From the NCBI GenBank assembly GCA_051942205.1, contig JAVECO010000032.1, positions 124,001 through 150,052 on the forward strand: a stretch of DNA of 26,052 bases, read 5' to 3'. Numbering within the stretch: the first letter of the stretch is position 1; each line of letters starts with the position of its first letter. This DNA comes from Coniocarpon cinnabarinum (lineage: Eukaryota). A program made the position numbers and the translations under genes. Positions 10,930 to 20,460 of this stretch are shown here, in pieces. Below the pieces are notes generated by a model that worked only from the letters and a program-made list of their open reading frames with translations, was not told where the DNA came from and made no database searches.

Positions 10930-11946
10930 ATGACTGGCCTGCCACGCAACATTGATAATCGCGTTGGGGATATACAGCTTCAACGTAAAATTTGCTTGGT
11001 CACTGGCGGAGGAAGTGGTGAGTGTCACCATGCGCCTCACGTGCTGCCTTCCTCTTTGTCCCTTCGTCTCGTACTTCTGACATTGATATACTCACACGTC
11101 CCAGGCATCGCCCTCGCCTTTACGCAGCTAGCAATATCTCGTGGTGCCCGTGTGCTCATCGCAGACCTCAACCTCACCCCGACCGCGCAGGCGCTGCTTT
11201 CTACGCATTCGCAAGATATTTACTTTGAGAAGACAGACGTCACATTGTGGCCGCAGCTCTCCCGACTTTTCTCAGTCTCACTCAAAGCCTTCGGCGATGT
11301 CCCTGACATCTATCTCCCCGCGGCAGGCATCTTTGAGCCCACATCCGCAAATTGGTGGGCAGATAACGACGAGGACTCTGCGTACAAGCAAATGGAAGTG
11401 AATGCCTCGCATCCCATGAAGCTGACCCGTCTAGCCATGCGAGCCTTGACGTCCCGCAAGAAGAAAGGCGTTGTCTGCACGATTGCAAGCAGCAGTGGCT
11501 TAATGGGCATTTACACGGCCCCGTTGTACTGCGCAAGTAAGCACGCTATTGTTGGCTTCACGAAGGCAATGGCGCCAGCAGATCGCATCGAAGGCGTGAG
11601 GGTGGTTTGTATTGCTCCTGGCGACGTCAACACGCCCATATGGGATGGAAAGCGAGAGACATTCGGCGAGCAACTGAAGAAGGCCATGACGCCTGAGTAC
11701 GTTGCAGAGCGCATCGCAGAGTTGATTTGCGAAGGATCACGGCATGTTGGTGGAACTATACTAGAAGTGCCGCCTGGAGCTGAGCCAAGAGTGGTACCAC
11801 TATATGGTGCTCACCCAAGCCCGCCGTGCATAGATGCGATGGTGCTGCAGGATGCTGGGAGCAATCCTAAGGATGAAGTGCCTGTGTACTTTGATGGAGT
11901 GCGAAAAGTTCTAGAAGATGAGAAGCAACATGGCGCTTGGCCGTAA
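10930..11946 (+). CDS. Short-chain dehydrogenase/reductase (15-hydroxyprostaglandin dehydrogenase-like), about 309 aa
   Basis: join(10930..11017,11105..11946). Removing the 87-nt GTGAGT..CAG intron restores the Rossmann motif LVTGGGSGIA. Also KTDVT, AAGIFE, catalytic Ser (IASS), YCASK and CIAPG. Confidence 0.9.
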   Translation: MTGLPRNIDNRVGDIQLQRKICLVTGGGSGECHHAPHVLPSSLSLRLVLLTLIYSHVPGIALAFTQLAISRGARVLIADLNLTPTAQALLSTHSQDIYFEKTDVTLWPQLSRLFSVSLKAFGDVPDIYLPAAGIFEPTSANWWADNDEDSAYKQMEVNASHPMKLTRLAMRALTSRKKKGVVCTIASSSGLMGIYTAPLYCASKHAIVGFTKAMAPADRIEGVRVVCIAPGDVNTPIWDGKRETFGEQLKKAMTPEYVAERIAELICEGSRHVGGTILEVPPGAEPRVVPLYGAHPSPPCIDAMVLQDAGSNPKDEVPVYFDGVRKVLEDEKQHGAWP

Positions 11947-13999
11947 CCAATGTTCCTGATTCATGCTTTTTATCATTGCGGTTATTTCTCACTCGTTCCG
12001 ATGACTAGCATGGTCCAGACAACGCTTGTATTACTACCGCATCTAAGTCGTATTGTTCTACTTGCCCTTGGCGGCATTCGGATTCCCTTTGCCGCTCTTT
12101 CGAGGATCGAAGAACGCGGTGCCGCAGTGCTACTTGCTCGCTTCCTATGCCCTTGCCCGCTGACGGTCCTGAAGATGCACGTCTCTGCGCATGTCTATAA
12201 GCCTCGCTGGCTGCGCGTATCAAAGCCCATAGAACCGATTGCGAAGTTGAAGTTATAGTTTGAGCTCACACCGCAAAGATCCTCCTACCGGTGAACGACT
12301 GCTTCAGCATTCGTTTTCTGGAGTCGAGTGCGCTAGTACTTGCTCTCTGCTATGGTGACGCCGTGCTTCGCTGTCGATGGTCGATGGCGATGGCGGTCTC
12401 AAAACAATAGATCAAGCATTTGTGAAAGTCGGAAAATTGTATGTCTGCGGCTTCTGGGTTCAGACTATTTGCCTGAGCGCTAATCTATCATTATCCTGAC
12501 AGAATCTTATTTGCATCGCAGCATGTGCGATGTGGCAAGAGGTCGTTACTGCATATGAAGTGTCTTTTCAACAGACGCAGAGCTATTTCAACAAGAGATC
12601 AAGTCAAAGTGGTCTCTGCAATTGCAAACGCATTGGATGGTGGTGCCAGCTCAGTAATATCCTATTTTCAGGTGCTACTGTTAGCTGTTGCAGCCTGAAC
12701 GGACGGAAAGTCTACGGTCGTGAGAGCAAAGACGAACATACTATTCAGTGCAATCCTGCTGCCACTGTGCGATGACGAGAGTTCATGTTGCTGCAAGGCA
12801 CAAGAAAGTTTGGCCCAAGACGCAAGCATTTAGCACAGTACACTTTCGAAGCTCTGACAGTGTTCGGAAAAAGCCACGTAAGAGCTCCAGAGCACCGCAT
12901 CGCCTATGACCTTGTGCCTGTGTTCGAGGTCCATGGTGTCAATTGCTTGTCTCGTGTAGGCATATGCGCAAGTTTCATGAGACGTCCTGGCGGCGGAAGG
13001 AAGCTCAAAGGAGCGAATCCTTAGCGTGTGGTGATAGCCACCCGTGTTTGTTTCAGTAGCAAACAAGACAGAACGAAACGAGTTCCTGAGGTCTTGGGAG
13101 TGGAACACTGCAAATACAATGATAGTTATAGTATCGTCGCCCGAATGAGCATCTATGCACAGACGTGTGACGTCTTTAACTCGAAACTCCTGGTCTCGCT
13201 GCTTCGCTGATGGCCGAAGTTTCCCATGGCGCGAGGAAGTTTCTTGAACCATTGAGTTTGCTTACGCTCTCATTGTATCAGGACGCAATCAGATGAGACG
13301 CGTGAAAATGGTCATCTGGAAATACGACGTAACCCAGCTGGTCCAAAACGAGCATTAGCACACATTTTGACTTTTCATTAAAGAATTCATTGAGCTCGTA
13401 GATGCCGCATTGTCGCATTGTAATGATGTGACTGGGAAAGCATGTGAACTCCTTGAGCTTTGGAAGTGTTTCAAAACAAGCTTTGAATGGGCCTGTCATT
13501 CACCTCATGTTTAAGAGTATCCGAGATAGCCGCCGCTTGCCGGCGAAGTCCCTCGATGAAGGCTTTCAACCATTTTTTGAGGTTTGAACGTGCCACCTAG
13601 ACGAAGCTTGACGCTTTCCACTTTGCGCTGCAATCTTCCTAGTTGAGACATGTGAGGGTGAGGTGACAATGTTTTCGTCTTGTGTGTCAGGTGTTCATGG
13701 CTGGTACCCATGTTTCACACCACCTTTTGCTTGCTTCTGAGAAACCAGCCACCTGCGAGGCAAGTCAATGGGCACAATGGGTTGCAAAGCGCTTGCGCCA
13801 TCCGCGTTTCAAAAAAGCACGCACTGCTTTTCTGCTGCTGCTTGCCTTGAACACCGCTTTGTCTTACGATCTAGTCTAGACGTTGTTCTCACATATTTGC
13901 GGCTTGCCAAAGCACACAACAACTCTGTGCGCAAACGATTCGCTCGTCTTCAAGAATCTATTCCAACCGTGACGATTCTCGTCACCCATATTGATCACC

Positions 14000-15667
14000 A
14001 TGACTAACCGTGCAAGAAGTTGTAGATCTGGTGGATCACCACGAAGGTCAACTCGCCTCACTCGCCACCAAGCGACAACAGAATCATCGAGTAGTCACAA
14101 AAGCTCTACCGCAGGACTCACAAAAATCACGAAGACATCATGTCTCGAGCAGCCGAAACGACAACGCAAACCTACTGGTCAAGTCCCGCAGAGGAGTAAT
14201 TTCTCAAACGTCAAGCGGCGTCAAGATGGCCACGGAAGCGCAGCATTTTTCGACACGTACCTGTCGCCTCCTTCTAATCCAACCAAAGGAGTGGGGTACA
14301 CGTTTGGACTGGAGTTAGAGCTTCTCATTATCTGCCCTGTGGACGATTTGCGGTCACGTCTGCCGGAGGAATTGAAAAACCTCTCAATTAACGGCATTCG
14401 TCGTCGGCTCCACGAGCCAACCGAGTTTGGAGGGCGTGAACACATCATCAGAGAGATGGTTCAAGAGTCGCTCAGGTCAGCGAATCTAAAAGTCAATAGC
14501 GCACGCTCGAATAATGAGAGTATTCAAGAATGGTCGGTAGAGCCAGAACCAGCCATCATAACAGGGAATGAGCGTGACCAATATCCAGATTGCGTGGTTG
14601 TGGGTATTGAGGTAAAGTCCGGCGCTCTCGATTTCACAGCAGCTTCTCTGGCCACTGTCGTGACTGGCATTCAAGCCATCAAATCGGATTTCCCGGTGGC
14701 TGTGAATGAATCTTGTGGCTTACATGTTCATGTCGGGATGACCGAAGAATCTTCAGGTCTACAACAGAAATTCGACCTCCAGACATGTCAAGGGTTAATG
14801 GTCCTGCACCTACTCTTTGAGGACGAAATCAACCGACTACACCCTGGACATGTACTCACTGGCCATGAGTGGCCCCAACTGTTCAGAGCTCGTCTCCAGC
14901 AAACTCTGTCAGGGGACGCTGTCGCAGCAGCCAGGGCGGTCCTCGAAATCAGGAGCTGGAAAGATTTTTTTGGCATCATCTCCAACATCGACCATGATCG
15001 AAACATTGTCGTCAACTTCCAGAATCTCAAGTTTCAGGACACCATTCAAACCATCGAATTCCGACAACACGAAGGCTCCATGGATATTGAGCAAGTTTTG
15101 AGACGCATACAGCTCTGCATCATGCTCACACACTGGTCAAAAGAGGTGAAGAAAGCGGAGCTGATGAACTACGCCTGGGCCGTGGAGAACAACTTCAGTC
15201 TGGATATACTGCAGTTGTTGAGGAACGTGGGAATGCCTGCGGAGACCGTCGCATTCTACGGAAATAGGCTCTTCGACCATGGAATGTCAGAGGAGAGCTC
15301 GAAGGGCTCAAGAAACGTGAAGAAAGATACACCAATGCCAGATGTGCAACGTCAACCCAAGCCGGCAAAACCCAAGCGCGCCGGGTCCACGAATATGGCA
15401 GCCACCAACAAAACATGGGGAAAGGCACTACGAGTGCTCGGGGCTGGTCTGAAATTGGACATGGCCTCGGGACAGTCCACGATTCTGTTCAAGATTGGTG
15501 ATGAGGTTGGAGGCAACATGCAGCCGATGTGGGTAGAAGAGGATGATGCGCTGGAAATGACGAAGATATCGGCTCGGGCCTTGAGCGCCATTCAAAGTGT
15601 GAGAGCACGACGCTGGGCTGGCACAGGCAAAGAGATCGTCGTGAAGAGGTGGCCTTGGACGCAATGA
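14000..15667 (+). CDS. Putative amidoligase (COOH-NH2 ligase, Amidoligase_2-like), about 555 aa
   Basis: Intronless ORF starting at CACCATG (14000). Motifs YTFGLELE, GIEVKS, VNESCGLHVHVG, VNFQNL and TIEFRQHEGS. N- and C-terminal extensions are basic and low-complexity. Confidence 0.82.
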   Translation: MTNRARSCRSGGSPRRSTRLTRHQATTESSSSHKSSTAGLTKITKTSCLEQPKRQRKPTGQVPQRSNFSNVKRRQDGHGSAAFFDTYLSPPSNPTKGVGYTFGLELELLIICPVDDLRSRLPEELKNLSINGIRRRLHEPTEFGGREHIIREMVQESLRSANLKVNSARSNNESIQEWSVEPEPAIITGNERDQYPDCVVVGIEVKSGALDFTAASLATVVTGIQAIKSDFPVAVNESCGLHVHVGMTEESSGLQQKFDLQTCQGLMVLHLLFEDEINRLHPGHVLTGHEWPQLFRARLQQTLSGDAVAAARAVLEIRSWKDFFGIISNIDHDRNIVVNFQNLKFQDTIQTIEFRQHEGSMDIEQVLRRIQLCIMLTHWSKEVKKAELMNYAWAVENNFSLDILQLLRNVGMPAETVAFYGNRLFDHGMSEESSKGSRNVKKDTPMPDVQRQPKPAKPKRAGSTNMAATNKTWGKALRVLGAGLKLDMASGQSTILFKIGDEVGGNMQPMWVEEDDALEMTKISARALSAIQSVRARRWAGTGKEIVVKRWPWTQ

Positions 15668-15988
15668 GCGAGCAATTGACGGGACTGAAGTGATCGGGTT
15701 TCCCAATAACGAGCCCATTATGTGTTTTTTATGTGTCCGTTGACGCTGGCATCACGGCGTGGACGACAATTTTGAAAGCGACTCATCACATTGGCGTGGC
15801 AGCCACGCCGTCTTACATAGCTTACAAATGATTCTATCTCAGAGCCGATTTCTGCACGCGTCAAACTTTGAAATGTGATGAGTAATCGCCGTTCCACCAG
15901 ACGATGAAGCTACAAGTCTAGAGGTGGTCTTTGCTTGTACTCGCTACGCCATAGACACTACGCTTTCATTTATATTAAGCTAACAGTC

Positions 15989-16708
15989 ATGGATCCTGTT
16001 GTTACGCATGGCTGGACTGCCGTGCCAGTGGATGCCGATATCATCAAGAAGGAGCATGCGAAGATCCAGAGTCCTCCGAAGGCGTTGTCCATTGATAGCA
16101 TTCCCGCTCCTAAATCGCCCATCGTGAATACGGTCAAGGCGTATGCCCAACAGCGCTTGCCCCAACCAACTTTCAACCACTCTATGCGGGTGTTCTACTA
16201 TGGTCGAGCTATGCAGCTTCAGCATTTTCCTGATTGGAAGTTCTCCGACGAGACGTACATGCTCTGCTGCTTGTTACACGACATCGGCACGACCCCTGAG
16301 AACCTGCGAGCCACGATGATGTCGTTCGAATTTTACGGCGGCATGCTGTCCTACAGTCTGTTGACGAAGGAGGGCGTCGACAAAGCGCTAGCAGAAGCTG
16401 TCATGGAAGCGGTGGTGCGTCATCAAGACGTTGGCAAGATTGGCAAGATCACGGCCGTGGGACAGCTGTTGCAACTCGCCACCATATTCGACAACATGGG
16501 AGGTCATAGTGAGCTTGTCCATGAAGAGACCATCAAGAGTGTTGTTGCGGCGCATCCTCGACTCGGCTGGTCCAAGTGCTTCCACGACACCATTCGGGAA
16601 GAGAACGGGCTCAAGCCATGGGCTCATACTACAGCCTTGGGCGAAGAAGATTTTCCCAACGGTGTCCTCAACAACAAGCTTATGGCACCGTACGATAACA
16701 CGAAGTAA
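15989..16708 (+). CDS. cah: Cyanamide hydratase family HD-domain protein (DDI2/DDI3-like), about 239 aa
   Basis: GWTAVP N-terminus, FNHSMRVFYY, LLHDIGTT (HD motif), MSFEFYGG, RHQD, LATIFDN, PRLGWSKCF and KPWAHTT. First ATG is at 15989. Confidence 0.92.
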   Translation: MDPVVTHGWTAVPVDADIIKKEHAKIQSPPKALSIDSIPAPKSPIVNTVKAYAQQRLPQPTFNHSMRVFYYGRAMQLQHFPDWKFSDETYMLCCLLHDIGTTPENLRATMMSFEFYGGMLSYSLLTKEGVDKALAEAVMEAVVRHQDVGKIGKITAVGQLLQLATIFDNMGGHSELVHEETIKSVVAAHPRLGWSKCFHDTIREENGLKPWAHTTALGEEDFPNGVLNNKLMAPYDNTK

Positions 16709-16775
16709 CGCCGCAGAGTAAATTCGGGTATAGGTAGGCTGAGCATGCTCGGAAACATTCGCATTCGCATCATGA

Positions 16776-17642
16776 CTACCTACTCCTTCCCGCCGCTCCG
16801 AGTTTCTCGATGGCTTCCTCCACCGATGCTTGGATCTTGTTCGTTGCTTCCTCAATGACCGAGGTCAAAGGGATTTTGCCGGCTTTCTCGGACTGCACTT
16901 GAGTATATGGTCCATTTACAATCTTGTTGAGGTTGATCTTTGACACGCCGTGCCGCACACATCGTTGGAATATATCCTTGGTGAAGGGGTCTGCACCGTG
17001 TAACACGATTCTGACTTCGTTGCCGACCTCTGCATTGATCTTGTCTAGTCTATCGTACTCGAGCTGAATGCCTCTCTCACCATAGCTACCGTGCACATTG
17101 CCAAAAGCTGGAGCGAGCCAGTCAATGCCAGTGTCCACAAACCTACGGGCTTCTTCAGGCGTGGTGAGCAGGCCCTCGAGATCTGCCGTGGCCGCAACGC
17201 CGTCCTCGCCTCCTTCTATCCGTCCGGGCTCAGCCTCGGTGGCGATACCTCGCTCGTGGCAATACGTCGTCAACTCGCTCGTGAGACGCAGGTTCTCTTC
17301 TTTCTCGTAGTGGCTCATATCACACATGATGCTATCGAAACCTCCTAGATCCGCAGCTCGTTTCACGATTTCCGGGCTCTGGGCGTGATCCATGTGTACG
17401 GCCACGGGGACCTTGGCATTTCGGGCGGCCTCCGCGGCGAGATGCACAAGGAGTCCGCCTGCATATTGGACTGCCCAAGGGAAGAGCAGGATCATCAAGG
17501 GGGCTTGTTTGGCTTCTGCGGCGCGCACGCATCCAATGATGCCCTCCGCATTGTAGCAGCACATTGCCGGCACGGCGTACTTGCCGGCCACAGCATCGTC
17601 GAGAATCTTGGTCGCGCGGTTGTTCTCAAGTCTGGCGGGCAT
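16776..17642 (-). CDS. Class II fructose/tagatose-bisphosphate aldolase-family protein, 288 aa
   Basis: GCCACCATG at 17642. Motifs YAVPAMCCYN, HMDH, FDSIMCDMS, EAEPGRIEGGEDG, AFGNVHGSY, VLHG and SKIN. It resembles the short type rather than the longer glycolytic fungal Fba1. Confidence 0.9.
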   Translation of the reverse strand: MPARLENNRATKILDDAVAGKYAVPAMCCYNAEGIIGCVRAAEAKQAPLMILLFPWAVQYAGGLLVHLAAEAARNAKVPVAVHMDHAQSPEIVKRAADLGGFDSIMCDMSHYEKEENLRLTSELTTYCHERGIATEAEPGRIEGGEDGVAATADLEGLLTTPEEARRFVDTGIDWLAPAFGNVHGSYGERGIQLEYDRLDKINAEVGNEVRIVLHGADPFTKDIFQRCVRHGVSKINLNKIVNGPYTQVQSEKAGKIPLTSVIEEATNKIQASVEEAIEKLGAAGRSR

Positions 17643-18465
17643 GGTGGCGCTGCCTGTCGATATTGAATGCGATGCGAACAATCCTGCATTGGCAATTTCT
17701 CGAGTAATGGCCCATTGTCCTTCTGCTCTAGTGCCCTCCACACACGACTGACGGACGGGCGTGCGTCATTCGGCCAGCTTTATCCCGGTCTCCTTCAGCA
17801 GTCGATCGTCCTTGTCGCTCGGCAAGTGAGCTGGATGGCTGGATCTTGCAGTGGTTAGGTATGTCTCTCAATGGGCGGCGGCATAGGAAGCCTGTGGGCC
17901 AGCCGACGACCTGCAGATCGCTGCTCCGATAGCTGCAACACCGAATCCTTCGCGAGGAGGATTGCGCAAGCCGTGAATCAGCACCCGTCGTGTCGAGGGG
18001 CGAACGACTCGGCGAGGGCTGGCCATTGACAAATGAGAGAAGACAGCGAGCGGGCGTCTGGTGGCAGCCGTGCACCAACCAAGGTCACCGGGCAGCTGCC
18101 GGAGCTCCGCGTCGGCACCGGTTCTGGAGCCCTTGTGATCATGCATTCACCTGGCACGCTGGCTGGCGCTCCTCAGCTTGGGACAGCGCTCCGGGCCAGA
18201 TCTGTTCGCCTGCTGGTTTGGCTCCCGGCCTCGACGTTGCGTTCTCTTTGAGGCCTCGCTGAACCAGCCACGAGGACGACACGCTCCTACAACCACATTT
18301 GCCCAGCTGTCAAATCCAACGTGCTTGTGTGTGTCAGCCCCACGGCTTCCAAATTTCGCTCCAACGGTCTTCACCAGCCAATGCGGCCCATGACTCGTTT
18401 TTGAAGCCGCAAGCATTCCAGCACAGGTTCAGCAAAACAGCAACTTTCATTGAAAATCGGCGCCC

Positions 18466-19884
18466 ATGGCGAAGCGCGTTGGTTTTTGCGGGCTGGGAGC
18501 CATGGGGATGGGTATGGCGACGCATTTAATCTCTCAGGGTTACGCTGTGAAGGGGTTCGACGTGGCGCCAGCCTTGCTGAAAAAATTCCAAGAAGCAGGA
18601 GGCGTCCCAGTGTCGGCCCTGTCAGATTCGGCGAAAGGGGCGCCTGTTTACATTTGCATGGTTGCGAACAGTGTGCAGGCGCAGCAGGCACTATTCGAGG
18701 CCGATGACACAATCGTCGAGGCCCTGCCCAAGGGAGCGGTGCTCTGCCTGTGCTGTACCGTGTCGGCGGGCTACGTCAAAGAAGTACAGGCGCAACTTCA
18801 AAAGATTGGACGGGGCGACATCCTGCTCGTTGATTGTCCTGTCAGTGGAGGCGCCGCCAGAGCGGCCAAGGGCGACCTGACCATCATGGCGGGTGCTGAA
18901 CCAGCAGCAATAGAGGCCGCGAGACCGGTACTGGAAGAGCTTACCGGCCCGAATGGCTTGTACATCGTGGAAGGTGGCTTGGGCCAAGGGTCTAACATGA
19001 AAATGTGTCACCAAGTGCTGGCCTCGGTGCAGATTCTGGCAACTGGCGAAGCGTTCGGAGTAGGTGCCAAAATGGGACTGGACGCCCATGAGCTACATGC
19101 AAGGGTGATGGAGAGCGATGCCTGGAGTTGGATGTTTGAAAATCGCAGTCAAAGGGTATTGAAGCAGGACTACGAGCCTCCTGTCAGCGCATTGACGATT
19201 ATTAAGAAAGATGCGGTGAGTCTTGCCATGCCGAAACTGTTTACAAGCGAAATCAGAATCTGCGGGCGGGCAGCTATCTAAGAATAAACATCTGTCACAA
19301 AGAGCAGCTGACTGACACCAGAGTAGGGTATCATCACATCACAAGCCCGCAAGACCTTGTGGCCAACGCCCATGACTGCAGCTACAGAGCAAGTTTATAC
19401 TTCGCTGGTAATGAGCTTCGGATTCGGGCCCAAAGACGACGCTTCAGTGGTCCATCTCTACTACCGAGACAATGTCGCCGATGTGAAATGCAGACTCTCC
19501 AAAGAAGAACGCGAAGCCAGACTCAAGCTTGTGATTGAGATGTTAGTGGCAATCCACATCGCGTCGGCGTCAGAGGCCATCATGCTCGCGGCCGAGTGTA
19601 ATATCCCCTTGAAACAGTTTTTCAACCTTGTTATGACGTCTGCCGGGGCGAGCCGAGTCTTTGGCAAGTTTGCTGAGGCTATGTCCGGTGACGAGGGAGC
19701 AGAACCGAAGACTGGCCGAACCATGGGGGATTGTGTGCAGTCGCTGTTCAGTCTGATCGACCTAGCGCTTGCCAATGGCTGTCCCACGCCGATGGCGAAC
19801 CACGCGCTCTCCTTGTTCAGTGTGTTTGGGCGTCGCCTAGGGGAGGATATCGACGCAAGCAATTTGCTCAGAACGTGGGAATAG
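18466..19884 (+). CDS. Beta-hydroxyacid dehydrogenase (3-hydroxyisobutyrate DH / L-threonate DH LtnD-like) with a duplicated C-terminal helical domain, about 435 aa
   Basis: join(18466..19215,19327..19884). Motifs GFCGLGAMGMGMA, LVDCPVSGG, catalytic-Lys segment GSNMKMCHQVL, SWMFENR and KDA|GIIT across the intron. A second copy of the helical domain follows (KLVIEMLVAIHIASASEAIMLA...SAGASRVF). Confidence 0.88.
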
Positions 19885-20460
19885 ATATATACCCGGGTAA
19901 TTTAATACAGTGAATTGTCCTAGCTGCTCGGAGTTCGTGAAAATGTGGCTCTGGTCTTTTCTCGGACCTGAATCAAATGTCAACATTCTCTCCCTCGAGG
20001 CCAACCTACCTTTGTGACTGTCTCGAGGTGTTCTCTGAGTTGGGTGCGTGAATACGTGATTCTCAGAGAATGTTTGAAGTAGCTTTGCAATGGGGAAATG
20101 TTGCGCTCGCGTCATTCCAGTTGACCAAACTCCAGACCGAATAAACGTTAGCTTTCCCACCGGCGCTGCCACGGTTCCAGCTTCCAGGGTGGTGAATGTT
20201 TGCGATCCAATCCAGACGCCAAGGCAAGGAAGGGAACGGCGTTTGCAACGCTAAATTTAGTGGCTAACTTGTCGGAATCTAGGGCACTCGTTCCCCAAGC
20301 CATCCGAAAACGTCACGTCTTTCACAACATCGCCTCGTGGCCTGAGCTGCGTTTGCGATCGCTACAAGAGTCGATTTCGAGCCATCGCTATACGTGAGGT
20401 ATACGGACCGAATTCCCTCTGTACAAAAACGCGTGATCGATTCCCTGCACCCTCCGGTGC

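Noticed and set aside
12000..13900. Gene-poor 1.9 kb with short ORFs on both strands (e.g. 12830-13252), a possible decayed gene or transposon
   Set aside because: No transposase or RT motifs, terminal repeats or consistent exon chain found by eye.
15935..15988. TTG-initiated extension or upstream exon of cyanamide hydratase (GCTAACAG just before the ATG)
   Set aside because: No convincing donor found, and the protein looks complete from ATG 15989. A 5' UTR intron cannot be excluded.
17643..18465. N-terminal extension of the aldolase, or a DUF1537 kinase remnant in the divergent gap
   Set aside because: ATG 17642 has an ideal context, and no DUF1537-type motifs are seen in the listed ORFs.
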